Assembly (NCBI GenBank): GCA_963718235.1
Contig: CAVQYR010000001.1
Location: forward strand, 145,555 to 209,554
Reading direction: 5' to 3'
From: an uncultured Actinomycetota bacterium
Lineage (GTDB): Bacteria; Actinomycetota; Actinomycetes; JAHEKZ01
Length of the DNA: 64,000 bases
Below, in pieces: positions 21,067 through 36,495 of the stretch (the stretch's first letter is position 1; each line of letters begins with the position of its first letter). The translations under genes were made by a program, and so were the position numbers. The notes under the pieces are model-generated. The model had not been told where the DNA came from and did not search any database. It worked only from the letters and a program-made list of their open reading frames with translations.

Positions 21067-21813
21067 ATGGACCCGGTCGTCCTGCTGCACTCGCCGCTGA
21101 CCTCCGCCACCGCGTGGGGGCGTCTGCCCGAGGTCCTGCGCGGGTCAGGTCTGCGGGTGGTCGTCCCCGAGGTGCTGGACGACGACGAACCCCCCTACGC
21201 CGTTCGCTACGTCGGCCGGGTCGCCGTCCAGCTGCGTGAGCTGCTCGGCTCGACGCCGTGCGTCCTCGTGGCCCACAGCGGGGCAGGACCGCTCATGCCG
21301 TCGCTCGGGTTCGCCCGGCACGCCGCTGGCGGTCGGGTGACCGGGTACGTCTTCCTCGATGCAGCGCTGCCGCGGGTGCTCCACGCGGCGACCCGCCTCG
21401 AGCTCATGCGCCTGGACGACGAAGCGTTCGCCGGGCAGCTCGAGACCGCCCTGAGGTCCGGCGCGCGGTTCCCGAGGTGGTCGGACGGCGACCTGCGTGA
21501 CGAGGTGCCGGACCCCGGCGACCGAGCTCTCCTGCTCGCCGGACTGCGGCCGCGTTCACTCGACTACTTCACCGAGCCGCTACCGATGCCGGAGGACTGG
21601 CCCGACGCTCCCGCGGCCTACGTTCGCCTCTCCGACGCCTACCTGCGCCCGGCCGAGACCGCACGGCGGCGTGGCTGGCCGGTGGTCACGCGGGACCCCG
21701 GCCACTTCGGGGCGCTGACCGACCCCGAGCAGGTCGCGCAGGCGCTGGCCGAGGTCTTCACTGCGGTGTTCGGCGAGTCCGGGTCGACGCCTGGAACCGT
21801 GCCGGACGACTAG
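21067..21813 (+). CDS. Alpha/beta-hydrolase fold protein
   Basis: A 248-aa protein with a nucleophile-elbow-like motif (VLVAHSGAG) and alpha/beta hydrolase topology. Confidence 0.55.
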   Translation: MDPVVLLHSPLTSATAWGRLPEVLRGSGLRVVVPEVLDDDEPPYAVRYVGRVAVQLRELLGSTPCVLVAHSGAGPLMPSLGFARHAAGGRVTGYVFLDAALPRVLHAATRLELMRLDDEAFAGQLETALRSGARFPRWSDGDLRDEVPDPGDRALLLAGLRPRSLDYFTEPLPMPEDWPDAPAAYVRLSDAYLRPAETARRRGWPVVTRDPGHFGALTDPEQVAQALAEVFTAVFGESGSTPGTVPDD

Positions 21814-22595
21814 CGGGACAGGCGCCTCCTGCGCAAGCGCTCGGCCCGGCGCACGACATCGCGCGGGAGGACCCGGGCCACACCCGACACCGCCTTGTAG
21901 TGGAGTCCTGGAACGCTGACCGCCTTGCCCCGTCGGAGGTCGGACAGCGCGTCGTCGACCACGCGATCGGCGTCGAGCCAGACCCACTCCGGGTAGGCGG
22001 ACATGTCGATTCCGGCGCGCTGGTGGAACTCCGTGTGCACGAACCCCGGGCACAGCGCCATGACGTGCACGCCGGTACCAGCGAGCTCACCGGCGAGTCC
22101 CTGGCTGAAGGCGGTGACCCACGCCTTGGCTGCGCTGTAGGTGCCGAACGGAAGGAAGCCGGCCACGCTGGACACGTTGACCACAGCGCCGCGACCACGC
22201 CCGACCATGCCGGGCAGCGCCGCATGCGTCAGGCGCAGGACGGCGGTGACCAGCACGTCGAGCAGCTCCTGCTCGGCCTCCACCCGGCCACCGACGAAGC
22301 TCTGGGTGATCGCGAAGCCGGCATTGTTGACGAGCAGGTCGACGGGTCGCTCGGGCGAAGCCAGTCGCTGCTCCACCCGCGCCAGCTCGTCGCGCACCGT
22401 GAGGTCAGCCACGAGCACCTCGCCCTCGACTCCGTGCCGCTGCGCCACATCGCGAGCGACCGCGGCCAGCCGGTCGCCGTCCCGCGCGACCAGGACGGTG
22501 TCGTGACCGTCGGCCGCCAACCGGTCGACGAACGCACGGCCGATTCCTGCTGTTGCACCGGTGACCAGGACCCGACTCACTGTTGGGTCGCCCAC
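21810..22595 (-). CDS. SDR-family short-chain dehydrogenase/reductase
   Basis: TGATAGIGRAF...NNAG...a Y-x3-K equivalent (YSAAKAW). Confidence 0.85.
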   Translation of the reverse strand: MGDPTVSRVLVTGATAGIGRAFVDRLAADGHDTVLVARDGDRLAAVARDVAQRHGVEGEVLVADLTVRDELARVEQRLASPERPVDLLVNNAGFAITQSFVGGRVEAEQELLDVLVTAVLRLTHAALPGMVGRGRGAVVNVSSVAGFLPFGTYSAAKAWVTAFSQGLAGELAGTGVHVMALCPGFVHTEFHQRAGIDMSAYPEWVWLDADRVVDDALSDLRRGKAVSVPGLHYKAVSGVARVLPRDVVRRAERLRRRRLSR

Positions 22596-23677
22596 TCCTG
22601 CAGCAGCGCCTCGCGCAGGGGCCGGGTCTGGGCCTGCACGAGGTGAAACAGCCCCTCGCGGGCCCAGCGCTGGGCCGATGACAGCAGCAGCATCGCGCTG
22701 CCACCCTGGGCCGCCACCCGCGCTGCGGTGATCCGCTGCAGAAGGACCAACGACCGGGCGCGCAGGAGCACCCGCTCGTCCAGTGCCTCACCTGCCGGCA
22801 CCTCGTCGACCAGCCGGTAGGCCGCCTCGCGATTCGCGCGCACCTGGGCGGCGAAGGTGGTCGCCGCCTCGACTGCCAGGGGCTGGTTCCGCTCGACGCC
22901 GCTGCGGTGCAGATCGGCGATCACCGCGCGCATCAGGCCGAAGACGGCTGGCGCGGCGTTCGCCGTCCGCTCGGTGTCCTGCGCGAGCCAGTCGCTCTTG
23001 GGCACGACGGCAGCAACCTCGTCGTCGTCGACCGGCAGGGTGTCCAGCCAGGCGCCCACCGTCGACGTCCCACCCATCGCGGCCAGACCGAGCGGACCGG
23101 TGACGACGAACCCGACCCGCTCGTGGGCCGGGATGAGCGCCTGGACGACCTGACCGTCGTCGGTCTCGGCCATGAGCAGCAGCACGTCGGCCAGACCCCA
23201 CGACGTCACCCAGTCGAGCGTGCCGCTGACCTGCCAGCCCGTGCCCGTGCGGACCGCGCGCACCGACGGGTCGCCGGGGCGCCGCAGGTGCGCGAAGGAC
23301 ACCGCACCCAAGGCCTTGCCGGTTGCCAGCGGCACCGCCCATCGCTCGTGGGACGACGTTCCCGTCGCCGCGACCGCGCACTCCATCGGCGTCCGGTGCT
23401 GGGCGGCGACGAACCACACCGCACCCGACGCCCCGGAGAGCGTCTCCCCGACCTCGCGGACCACGGCAGCCGGAGCGGCCAGGCCACCGAGCTCGACCGG
23501 CGCGGACACACCCAGGACGCCGTGGTACGCCAGGGCGTCGACGTGGGCTCGGGTGACCCCGGACACGTCGATCGACTGCGCCTCCCAGGCCAGCCGGGCC
23601 AGCGCGTTCTGGACGCCGGTGATGGCGGGGTGCCCCGCCGCGTCCGGCACCGGGCCGACGAGGTCGTGCTCGCTCAT
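22577..23677 (-). CDS. Acyl-CoA dehydrogenase-family protein
   Basis: ACAD N-terminal and middle-domain similarity starting at the internal Met (MSEHDLVGP...); the reverse complement of ATG is at 23675-23677. The upstream 14 codons in the ORF track are unlikely to be translated. Confidence 0.7.
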   Translation of the reverse strand: MSEHDLVGPVPDAAGHPAITGVQNALARLAWEAQSIDVSGVTRAHVDALAYHGVLGVSAPVELGGLAAPAAVVREVGETLSGASGAVWFVAAQHRTPMECAVAATGTSSHERWAVPLATGKALGAVSFAHLRRPGDPSVRAVRTGTGWQVSGTLDWVTSWGLADVLLLMAETDDGQVVQALIPAHERVGFVVTGPLGLAAMGGTSTVGAWLDTLPVDDDEVAAVVPKSDWLAQDTERTANAAPAVFGLMRAVIADLHRSGVERNQPLAVEAATTFAAQVRANREAAYRLVDEVPAGEALDERVLLRARSLVLLQRITAARVAAQGGSAMLLLSSAQRWAREGLFHLVQAQTRPLREALLQEWATQQ

Positions 23678-23798
23678 CACGCCCGCCAACCTAGCCCGCC
23701 GACGAGATCGGGGCTGCACATCGGCAAACCCACCTCACCGCCAGCAAAGTGCGGTGCAGCCCCCGCGCGACCGATCCCGATCCGCCTACGGTGTCCCC

Positions 23799-24984
23799 GT
23801 GGCCCGAGACCCAGTACCCCTTGTCCCCCACCTGCGCGGGCTCGGGACGACGATCTTCGCCGAGATGTCAGCGCTGGCCACCTCCACTGGCGCGGTCAAC
23901 CTCGGACAAGGGTTCCCCGACACCGACGGTCCCGCCTCGGTCGCCCAGGCAGCCGCGGACGCGGTGCTCTCCGGTCACGGCAACCAGTACCCGCCCGGCC
24001 CCGGGATCCCCGAGCTGCGCCAAGCGGTCGTCGACCATCAGCGCACGGTGTACGGCATCGAGCTCGACGTCGACCGGCAGGTCCTGGTCACGACCGGCGC
24101 CACCGAAGGCATCGCCGCCGCGATCCTGGCGCTGGTCGACGAAGGCGACGAGGTGATCGCCCTCGAACCGTTCTACGACTCCTACGCCGCGACGGTGACG
24201 ATGGCGCGTGGGCGGATCGTCCCGGTCCGGTTGTCGGCACCTAACTTCGCCCTCGACGGCGACCGGTTGCGCGACGCGGTCAGCCCGCGCACGCGCATGA
24301 TCCTCCTGAACAGTCCGCACAACCCGACCGGCGCCGTACTGACCTCCGCCGAGCTGGCTCTCGTCGCGGCAGTCGCGCACGAGCACGACCTGATCGTGGT
24401 CTCTGACGAGGTCTACGAGCATCTGGCCTTCGACCGGCCGCACGTGCCCATCTCAATGCTTCCCGGCATGGCCACGCGCACTCTGACCATCAGCAGCGTC
24501 GGCAAGTCGTTCTCCTTCACGGGGTGGAAGATCGGCTGGGTCACCGGCCCGGAGGACCTTGTCGCGGCAGTGCGCACCACCAAGCAGTACCTAACGTTCG
24601 TCAGCGGTGGCCCACTGCAGTACGCCGCGGCGTACGCGCTGAACCACGAGCTGCCGTGGGTCGAGCTGCTGCGACTCGACCTCGCACGACGACGTGACCT
24701 GCTGTGCGATGGCTTGGCGGCGGCTGGGCCTCGCCGTCAATCGGCCCAGCGGCACGTACTTCGCCACCACCGACATCCGCTCGATCGGCTGGGACGACGG
24801 CATGGCCTTCTGTCGCGAGCTGCCTTCGCGCGTGGGTGTGGTCGCGGTCCCCTGTGCCCCGTTCTACCTGCAGTCGGACCCTGACGCCGTGTCGCTGGTG
24901 CGGTGGACCTTCAGCAAGCAGGACTCAGTGCTCGAGGAAGCGATCAGACGGCTGACAGGGTCAGCCCTGACGCGTCATCGCTGA
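23799..24984 (+). pseudogene. Class I/II PLP aminotransferase (MalY/DapC-like), interrupted by an apparent +1 frameshift near 24725
   Basis: The N-terminal four-fifths (GLGTTIFAEMSALA...ISSVGKSFSFTGWKIGWV) is in the frame of ORF 23172..24884. The conserved C-terminus (LAVNRPSGTYFATTDIRSIG...FCRELPSRVGVVAVP) is in the frame of ORF 24694..24984. The junction lies within gctgggcctcgcc. Confidence 0.6.
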
Positions 24985-27517
24985 CGTCGACCCGCACGGT
25001 GTCGCCGTCCTTCACATCACCTGCGATCAGCAGGCGCGCCAAGGGGTCGCCGATCGCCGTCTGGATCAGACGGCGCAACGGGCGCGCACCGTAGGCGGGG
25101 TCGAACCCCTCGGTAGACAGCCACTCGCGCGCGCCGTCACTGACCTCGATCGTGATCCTTCGGTCGGCCAGCCGCTCGTCGAGGGCGACGACCTGGAGAT
25201 CGACGATCCGGGCCAGCTCGTCGGGTGAGAGCGCATCGAAGAGCACGACGTCATCGAGTCGGTTCAAGAACTCAGGCTTGAACGTCAAGCGCACCACGGC
25301 CATGACCGCGGCAGCCTTGGCGTCCTGGTCCATCTCCTGGTCGACGAGGAACTGCGAACCCAGGTTCGAGGTCAGGATCAGGATCGCGTTGCGGAAGTCG
25401 ACGGTGCGCCCCTGGCCGTCGGTCAGGCGTCCGTCGTCGAGCACCTGCAGCAAGAGGTCGAAGACCTCGGGGTGGGCCTTCTCGACCTCGTCGAGCAGGA
25501 CCACGCTGTAGGGGCGACGGCGTACCGCCTCGGTGAGCTGACCGCCCTCCTCGTAGCCGACATACCCGGGTGGGGCACCGACGAGCCGCGCCACCGAGTG
25601 CTTCTCGCCGTACTCGCTCATGTCGATCCGCACCATCGCGTGCGGGTCGTCGAACAGGAAGTCGGCCAGTGCCTTGGCCAGCTCGGTCTTGCCAACCCCC
25701 GTGGGGCCGAGGAAGAGGAAGGAGCCCGTGGGTCGGTTGGGGTCGGCGATCCCCGCCCGCGAGCGCCGGACGGCGTCGGACACCGACTGCACGGCGGCCC
25801 GCTGACCGATCACGCGGTGGCCGAGCTCGTCCTCCATGCGCAGCAACTTGGCACTCTCGCCCTCGAGCAGGCGCCCAGCCGGGATTCCCGTCCAGGCCGC
25901 AACAACCTCGGCAATGTCGTCGGGGCCGACCTCCTCCTTCACCATCAGGTCAGTGGGGGTCTCGGCGGCCGCGGCCTCGGCCGCCTCCCGTTCCAGCTCC
26001 GGGATCTCGCCGTAGAGCAGCGCAGAGGCCGTCGCCAGGTCACCCTGACGCTGGGCGCGTTCGGCCTGGATCCGCAGCTCGTCCACCCGCATCTTCAGGT
26101 CACCGACCCGGTTGAGCGACGACTTCTCCTGCTCCCACCGCGCGTTCAGGGCGCTGAGCCGCTCCTGCTTGTCGGCGAGGTCGGCGCGCAGCTTCGCGAG
26201 CCGTTGGACCGAAGCGGCGTCGTCCTCCTTGGCCAGCGCCAGCTCCTCCATCAAGGCTCGGTCGACCGCGCGCTGCAGCTCGTCGATCTCGATCGGTGAG
26301 CTGTCGATCTCCATCCGCAACCGCGACGCTGACTCGTCGACGAGGTCGATCGCCTTGTCGGGCAGCTGGCGCGACGTGATGTATCGGTTGGACAAGGTGG
26401 CTGCCGCGACGAGGGCGCTGTCGGCGATCTGGACCTTGTGGTGAGCCTCGTAGCGCTCCTTGAGCCCCCGCAGGATCGCGACTGTGTCCTCGACACTCGG
26501 CTCGCCGACGAACACCTGCTGGAAGCGTCGTTCCAGGGCTGGGTCCTTCTCGACGTTCTCCCGGAACTCGTCGAGCGTCGTGGCGCCGATCATCCGCAGC
26601 TCGCCACGCGCCAGCATGGGCTTGAGCATGTTGCTCGCGTCCATCGACGAGTCACCAGTGGCACCCGCACCCACCACGGTGTGCATCTCGTCGATGAAGG
26701 TGACGACCTGTCCCCCGGCGTCCTTGATCTCCTCCAGCACTGCCTTGAGGCGCTCCTCGAACTCTCCGCGGAACTTCGCGCCCGCGACCATCGCGCCGAG
26801 GTCGAGGGCGATCAGCCTCTTGCCACGCAGCGACTCGGGGACGTCGCCTGCGACGATGCGCTGCGCGAGACCCTCGACAACTGCGGTCTTGCCGACTCCC
26901 GGCTCGCCGATCAGCACCGGGTTGTTCTTGGTCCGACGGGACAGCACCTGGATCACGCGGCGGATCTCGTTGTCACGCCCGATCACCGGGTCGAGCGCAC
27001 CGTCGCGCGCACGCTCGGTGAGGTCGACGCCATACTTCTGCAGCGCGTCGAAAGTGCCTTCCGGATCTGCGGTCGTCACCCGCGAGGACCCGCGCACGCG
27101 GGCCAGCGCATCGGCCAGCGCGGTCTCGGTGGCTCCCGCCGCGGACAGCAGCTCACGCGCTCCACTCGGCACCGTGGCCAGGGCGAGCAGCAGGTGCTCG
27201 GTGGAGACGAACGTGTCACCCCGCTCGGTGGCCCGCTCGGTGGCGGTGGCCAGGACTCGCTGCAGGGCACCGGATGCCTGCGGTGAGGCAACAGACGACC
27301 CGGCTGCGCTGGGAAGCGCGGCGACAGCGGCGCGCGCTCGCTCGGCCAACACGTCGCGGTCGACCCCGACCGCGCTCAGGACGGCCGTGGCGATTCCTTC
27401 GGGCTCATCGAGCAGTGCGAGCAGTACGTGCACCGGCTCGAGCGCCGGGTTGCCGTCGGTCACCGCCCGCCGCTGTGCCGCGGAGAGCACCTCGTGGCTT
27501 CGGGTGGTCAGTTCCAT
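24944..27517 (-). CDS. clpB: ATP-dependent chaperone ClpB
   Basis: [11 protein letters not shown]..., two AAA+ modules (GEPGVGKTA and GPTGVGKTE), and the coiled-coil M-domain. The conserved start is Met90 of the ORF-track entry; the reverse complement of ATG is at 27515-27517. Confidence 0.95.
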   Translation of the reverse strand: MELTTRSHEVLSAAQRRAVTDGNPALEPVHVLLALLDEPEGIATAVLSAVGVDRDVLAERARAAVAALPSAAGSSVASPQASGALQRVLATATERATERGDTFVSTEHLLLALATVPSGARELLSAAGATETALADALARVRGSSRVTTADPEGTFDALQKYGVDLTERARDGALDPVIGRDNEIRRVIQVLSRRTKNNPVLIGEPGVGKTAVVEGLAQRIVAGDVPESLRGKRLIALDLGAMVAGAKFRGEFEERLKAVLEEIKDAGGQVVTFIDEMHTVVGAGATGDSSMDASNMLKPMLARGELRMIGATTLDEFRENVEKDPALERRFQQVFVGEPSVEDTVAILRGLKERYEAHHKVQIADSALVAAATLSNRYITSRQLPDKAIDLVDESASRLRMEIDSSPIEIDELQRAVDRALMEELALAKEDDAASVQRLAKLRADLADKQERLSALNARWEQEKSSLNRVGDLKMRVDELRIQAERAQRQGDLATASALLYGEIPELEREAAEAAAAETPTDLMVKEEVGPDDIAEVVAAWTGIPAGRLLEGESAKLLRMEDELGHRVIGQRAAVQSVSDAVRRSRAGIADPNRPTGSFLFLGPTGVGKTELAKALADFLFDDPHAMVRIDMSEYGEKHSVARLVGAPPGYVGYEEGGQLTEAVRRRPYSVVLLDEVEKAHPEVFDLLLQVLDDGRLTDGQGRTVDFRNAILILTSNLGSQFLVDQEMDQDAKAAAVMAVVRLTFKPEFLNRLDDVVLFDALSPDELARIVDLQVVALDERLADRRITIEVSDGAREWLSTEGFDPAYGARPLRRLIQTAIGDPLARLLIAGDVKDGDTVRVDVSDDASGLTLSAV

Positions 27518-27566
27518 CACGTCGTCCTCAGGTCTTGGGGTGCAGGAGTAGGAGTGTGCGCCGCCG

Positions 27567-27989
27567 TCAACGGAACGGGTTGCGCACGTGCACGACCGAT
27601 GTGTGGCCACGCAGCGCAACCTCCGAGCCGGCCCCTGCCGACCCACGACCGACGTCGGCGCCGACATGACGCAACAGCAGGTACGCGCGCTCGAGGTCGG
27701 CCTCGAGCTCGTCGACCCGTCGGTGCAGGGCGGCCACAGTCTGCTGGAGCTCCAGGACCTGACGGATGCCCTCCAGTCCGACACCTTCGCCGGACAGCTG
27801 CTGGATCTGGCGGAGCCGAGTCACGTCGCTGAGTGAGTAGCGTCGCCCGCCTCCGGCCGTGCGCTGCGGCGCGACCAACCCCAACCGGTCGTACTGCCGC
27901 AGCGTCTGGGCATGCAGACCGGTCAGCTGCGCCACGACCGAGATCACGTAGACCGGCGAGTCGTCGAGCGGGTCGTAGGTCATCGTCAC
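27567..27989 (-). CDS. hspR: Heat-shock repressor HspR (MerR family)
   Basis: [26 protein letters not shown]...RRYS. It is the last gene of the dnaK operon. Confidence 0.9.
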   Translation of the reverse strand: MTMTYDPLDDSPVYVISVVAQLTGLHAQTLRQYDRLGLVAPQRTAGGGRRYSLSDVTRLRQIQQLSGEGVGLEGIRQVLELQQTVAALHRRVDELEADLERAYLLLRHVGADVGRGSAGAGSEVALRGHTSVVHVRNPFR

Positions 27990-28013
27990 TCCTTCGCCGC
28001 GCTGGCCAGCAGG

Positions 28014-29144
28014 TCAATCCGAGGGTCGTGGTCGGTTGTGGCGTCGCGGTAGGCGCGCAGGGCGGCCAAGAGCATCGCCGTCGACCCGCTGCGGCACAGC
28101 GACATCGACAGTGGCCAGCAGGTCGCCTCGTCTGCCGTCCTTGCGCTTGAAACCCTTGCCGCGGACCCGCAACGTGCGCCCTGATGGCGTGCCCGCCGGG
28201 ATCTTCACCGAGACCGGGTCGCCGTCGAGAGTCGGCACCTTCACGGTCGCCCCGAGGGTCGCTTCGGGGAAGGTGATCGGCACGGTGAGCGTCAGATGGT
28301 CGCCCTTGCGTCCGAAGACCGGGTGTCGGCGCACGTGCACGGTGACGAACAGGTCACCCGGCTGTCCCCCGCCCTGTCCGGCCCCGCCCTTGCCCTTCAC
28401 CCGGATCCGCGCGCCGTCCTTCACACCAGCGGGGAGCCGAACCTGCACGGTGCGGGTCTGCTGACCCACCCCAATCCCTCGGCAGGCTGGGCACGGGTCG
28501 TCGACGACGACTCCTCGACCGTGGCAGTCGCGGCACGCCTCGGAGAACGCGAACCCGCCTTGTTCCCGGACCGACTGCCCACTGCCGCGACAGCTCGCGC
28601 AGGAGTGCGGTGAGGTACCAGGCTTCGCGCCTGTACCCCCACAGGTGTGGCAGGGGCCGTCGGTCGACAACCGAAGCGGCAGAACCGTTCCGTCGACTGC
28701 GTCGCGGAAGCTGATCGTCACCTCCGCGTCGAGGTCGGTGCCTTTGCGCGCCCTGCGGCCGCGCGGTGCCCGCCCCCCGAACAGTCCGCCCAGCGTCTCG
28801 CCGAGGCCGCTGTCGCCGAAGAGGTCATCGAGGTTGACGGTGTGCTGGCCTCCCCCGAACGGGCTTCCAGCACCGAACGGGTTGCCCTGCCCACCGGAGA
28901 AGCCGGCCGATCCGTAGGCGCGCATCTCGTCGTACTCGCGGCGCTTGTCGTCGTCGGAGAGGACGTCGTAGGCCTCGGAGACCTCCTTGAACTTCTCCTC
29001 GGCCTGCGCGTCACCGGCGTTCGCGTCGGGATGGTGCTTGCGCGCGAGGGTGCGGTACGCCTTCTTGATCGCATCGGCGTCGGCGTCCTTGGCGACGCCG
29101 AGAGCCGCGTAGTAGTCCTTCTCCAGGTAGTCCCTGGTGCTCAT
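28014..29144 (-). CDS. dnaJ: Chaperone DnaJ
   Basis: A J-domain with HPD, a Gly/Phe-rich region, and four CxxCxGxG zinc-finger repeats. Confidence 0.95.
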   Translation of the reverse strand: MSTRDYLEKDYYAALGVAKDADADAIKKAYRTLARKHHPDANAGDAQAEEKFKEVSEAYDVLSDDDKRREYDEMRAYGSAGFSGGQGNPFGAGSPFGGGQHTVNLDDLFGDSGLGETLGGLFGGRAPRGRRARKGTDLDAEVTISFRDAVDGTVLPLRLSTDGPCHTCGGTGAKPGTSPHSCASCRGSGQSVREQGGFAFSEACRDCHGRGVVVDDPCPACRGIGVGQQTRTVQVRLPAGVKDGARIRVKGKGGAGQGGGQPGDLFVTVHVRRHPVFGRKGDHLTLTVPITFPEATLGATVKVPTLDGDPVSVKIPAGTPSGRTLRVRGKGFKRKDGRRGDLLATVDVAVPQRVDGDALGRPARLPRRHNRPRPSD

Positions 29145-29174
29145 CGTCGTCGCCTCCCTTCGCGGTGACGTCGG

Positions 29175-33604
<4,430 letters not shown>

Positions 33605-33800
33605 GAGTCCTCCTGGGGGCCGACCTGACCGCGACCCACCACGGAGTCACGTCGCCCCCGACGGTAGTGCCCGTCGCGAGCGCAGGCCAAGAGACACCCC
33701 GCGGGCCTATTGGATACGTTGGGCGTCGGCTGACCCGCGAGTCAGCCGGTTCGGCACCCGAACCCGGGTGCTCGAGAGCCACGACCCCCAGGAGGACGCC

Positions 33801-35981
33801 GTGCGGGTGGCCCTCGTCATCGGCCTGTTGCTGACGGCTGCCGCGTTCGCGATCGCCGGTCGCCGGGTCTACGAGCTCTGGCGGATGTTCCGCAGCGGTC
33901 AGCGGGTCGCCCCACGTCGTCCCGTCGACCCCAGGGCGGCGATGGAGTCCGAGGCCACCGAGGTGCTGGGGCAGCGCAAGCTGCTCAAGTGGACCGTGCC
34001 CGGACTCGCCCACTTCTTCGCGTTCTGGGGGTTCATCGTCCTGGGGCTGACGATCCTCGAGGCGTACGGGGCGTTGTTCACCCCTGACTTCTCGATCCCG
34101 GTCATCGACCAGTGGGCGTGGGTGGCCTTCGTCGAGGACTTCTTCGGCGTCGCCGTCCTGGCCGCGCTCGCCGTCTTCACCGTCATCCGGATCCGGCAGA
34201 ACCCGCACCGCCGCGGGCGCCTCTCGCGTTTCTACGGCTCGCACACGGGCGCGGCGTGGCTCGTGCTGTTCATGATCTTCAACGTGGTCTGGACGCTGTT
34301 CCTGTACCGGGGCGCGCAGATCAACACCGGCAACTTCCCGTACCCCGACCAGTGGGCGTTCGCCTCGCAGGCCGTGGCCCAGGTGCTGGAGCCGTTGGGC
34401 GAGCTGGCCAACGAGCGGATCGAGACCGTTGCCATCCTGCTGCAGATCGTCGTCATCCTCGGGTTCCTGGTGCTGGTCGTGTACTCCAAGCACCTGCACA
34501 TCGGGCTGGCGCCCATCAACGTCTTGCTCAAGCGGCAGCCGAACGCCCTCGGCCCACTCCTGCCGATGTACTCGCACGGGCAGCCGATCGACTTCGAGGA
34601 CCCCAAGGACGACGACGTGTTCGGGGTCGGCCGGGTCGAGGAGTTCACCTGGAAGGGGCTGCTCGACTTCGCCACGTGCACCGAGTGCGGCCGCTGCCAG
34701 TCGCAGTGCCCGGCCTGGAACACCGAGAAGCCGTTGAGCCCGAAGCTGCTGATCATGGGCCTGCGCGACCACGCCTTCGCGAAGGCGCCCTATCTGGTTG
34801 CCGAGCGGTTCCCGACCTACCTCGCGGCCCAGCCGAACCAGCCCCTGCAGGCGGCCCCGGCGAACCTGGACGCTCTTCCGGCATCGGCGACCGCGCAGCT
34901 GGAGCGTCCGTTCGTCGGAGCAAGGCCCGAGGATGCCGACGCACCCCAGCCCGTCGTCGAGGACGACGTCCTGTGGTCGTGCACCTCCTGCGGAGCCTGC
35001 GTCGAGCAGTGCCCGGTCGACATCGAGCACATCGACCACATCATGGACATGCGTCGCTACCAGGTGCTCGTCGAGAGCGAGTTCCCGAGCGAGCTCGGTG
35101 GGCTGTTCAAGAACATGGAGACCAAGGGCAACCCGTGGGGCATGAATGCGTCGTCGCGCCTCGACTGGGCGGCCGACCTCCCGTTCGAGGTGCCGGTGGT
35201 CGACGGTCCCCTCGACGAGACCGTCGACTACCTGTTCTGGGTCGGCTGTGCCGGTGCCTTCGAGGACCGCGCCAAGAAGACGACCCAGGCCGTGGCCGAG
35301 CTGCTGCACATGGCCGGCGTCAGCTTCGCGGTGCTCGGCGAGAGCGAGACCTGCACCGGCGACTCGGCGCGGCGTTCGGGCAACGAGTTCCTGTTCCAGA
35401 TGCTCGCGATGCAGAACGTCGAGACGCTGAACGAGATGGGTGTCACCAAGATCGTGGTCACCTGTGCCCACTGCTTCAACACGCTGCGCAACGAGTACCC
35501 CCAGGTCGGCGGGCACTACCAGGTCGTGCACCACACTCAGCTGCTGAACGAGCTGGTTCGCGAGGGCCGACTCACCCCGGTCACCGCAGTCGACGAGCGG
35601 ATCACGTATCACGACCCGTGCTACCTGGGTCGGCACAACAAGGTCTACAGCCCTCCGCGCGACCTGCTCGGCGCACTGCCGCAGGCGGAGTTCACCGAGA
35701 TGCCGCGCAACGGCGACCGCAGCTTCTGCTGCGGCGCCGGCGGTGCCCGGATGTGGATGGAGGAGAAGATCGGCAAGCGGATCAACATCGAGCGCACCGA
35801 GGAGGCGATCGGCACCGGCGCGCGCACGATCGCGATCGGGTGCCCGTTCTGCCGGGTGATGATCAGCGACGGCGTGTCCGAGATTCAGCGCGACGTCGAG
35901 AAGGACGAGCAGGTCCAGGTCATGGACGTGGCTCAGCTGCTGCTGCGGGCCGCCAAGAACGGCGCCCCCACCCCACGTTGA
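33801..35981 (+). CDS. Membrane-anchored (Fe-S)-binding reductase, HdrD/GlpC-like with two CCG domains (Rv0338c-type)
   Basis: A GTG start after an AGGAGG ribosome-binding site. There are N-terminal TM helices (NarI-like), two 4Fe-4S ferredoxin motifs (CTECGRCQSQCP, CTSCGACVEQCP) and two cysteine-rich CCG repeats (CAHCFNTLR...CCGAGG; DPCYLGRH). Confidence 0.8.
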   Translation: MRVALVIGLLLTAAAFAIAGRRVYELWRMFRSGQRVAPRRPVDPRAAMESEATEVLGQRKLLKWTVPGLAHFFAFWGFIVLGLTILEAYGALFTPDFSIPVIDQWAWVAFVEDFFGVAVLAALAVFTVIRIRQNPHRRGRLSRFYGSHTGAAWLVLFMIFNVVWTLFLYRGAQINTGNFPYPDQWAFASQAVAQVLEPLGELANERIETVAILLQIVVILGFLVLVVYSKHLHIGLAPINVLLKRQPNALGPLLPMYSHGQPIDFEDPKDDDVFGVGRVEEFTWKGLLDFATCTECGRCQSQCPAWNTEKPLSPKLLIMGLRDHAFAKAPYLVAERFPTYLAAQPNQPLQAAPANLDALPASATAQLERPFVGARPEDADAPQPVVEDDVLWSCTSCGACVEQCPVDIEHIDHIMDMRRYQVLVESEFPSELGGLFKNMETKGNPWGMNASSRLDWAADLPFEVPVVDGPLDETVDYLFWVGCAGAFEDRAKKTTQAVAELLHMAGVSFAVLGESETCTGDSARRSGNEFLFQMLAMQNVETLNEMGVTKIVVTCAHCFNTLRNEYPQVGGHYQVVHHTQLLNELVREGRLTPVTAVDERITYHDPCYLGRHNKVYSPPRDLLGALPQAEFTEMPRNGDRSFCCGAGGARMWMEEKIGKRINIERTEEAIGTGARTIAIGCPFCRVMISDGVSEIQRDVEKDEQVQVMDVAQLLLRAAKNGAPTPR

Positions 35982-36050
35982 TCTTGGACATGATCTGCCA
36001 GTTCGACCCGTCTGGACCTCATCTTCTCCATGATCAACTTGGGAGGGTGG
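35975..36050. repeat. Direct repeat, copy 1 (about 76 nt; the pair is about 80% identical)
   Basis: ccacgttgatcttggacatgatctgccagttcgacccgtctggacctcatcttctccatgatcaacttggg. It overlaps the last codons and stop of the Fe-S reductase gene on + and the stop of the small membrane gene on -. Confidence 0.6.
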
Positions 36051-36495
36051 GGGCGGGACGGCGTCGGCGAAGGACGAGCCCGCTGACGGCGAGCACCACC
36101 GCCGCCGCTGCGGCGACCAGCGCGGCGATCACGGTCACCACCGGGGCGCCCAGACCGCACAGCTCGGTGCACGTTCCGGTCCGGCGTCCCACGAAGCCGC
36201 CGACCTGGGCTGCTCCGACTGCGACGGCGCACGCCACCAGCACCCCTGAGGACAGGCGGACCAGCCACGCGCTCAGCCCACCGCTCCGTGGCCAGGGGAC
36301 GCCGGCGAGCAGCAGCCCCACGCCCCCGGGCCCCAGGAGCACCAGCGCCGTCGTCAGCGGGGTGCTCAGGCGGTCGTCGACCGGAGCCCACGTGGGCTCG
36401 GCGGCGAGCCCGTAGCACCACGCGGCCAGCACACCGAGGCCGACCACCCCCAGCCCGCCGCCCACCCACACGTTGATCTTGGACATCATCTGCAT
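36034..36495 (-). CDS. Small hypothetical membrane protein (3-4 predicted TM helices)
   Basis: A 153-aa ORF (MQMMSKINVWVGGGLGVVGLGVLAAWCYG...); it is hydrophobic and Gly/Ala/Val/Leu-rich and bracketed by the two repeat copies. The coding call is uncertain in this GC-rich background. Confidence 0.4.
   Translation of the reverse strand: MQMMSKINVWVGGGLGVVGLGVLAAWCYGLAAEPTWAPVDDRLSTPLTTALVLLGPGGVGLLLAGVPWPRSGGLSAWLVRLSSGVLVACAVAVGAAQVGGFVGRRTGTCTELCGLGAPVVTVIAALVAAAAAVVLAVSGLVLRRRRPAPTLPS

Noticed and set aside
26438-27551. + strand ORFs of 282 and 363 aa.
   Set aside because: They are antisense to clpB.
34112-36415. A 767-aa + strand ORF running through the reductase gene and across the repeat region.
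   Set aside because: It is out of frame with the reductase, Arg/Ala/Gly/Pro-rich, and has no motifs.
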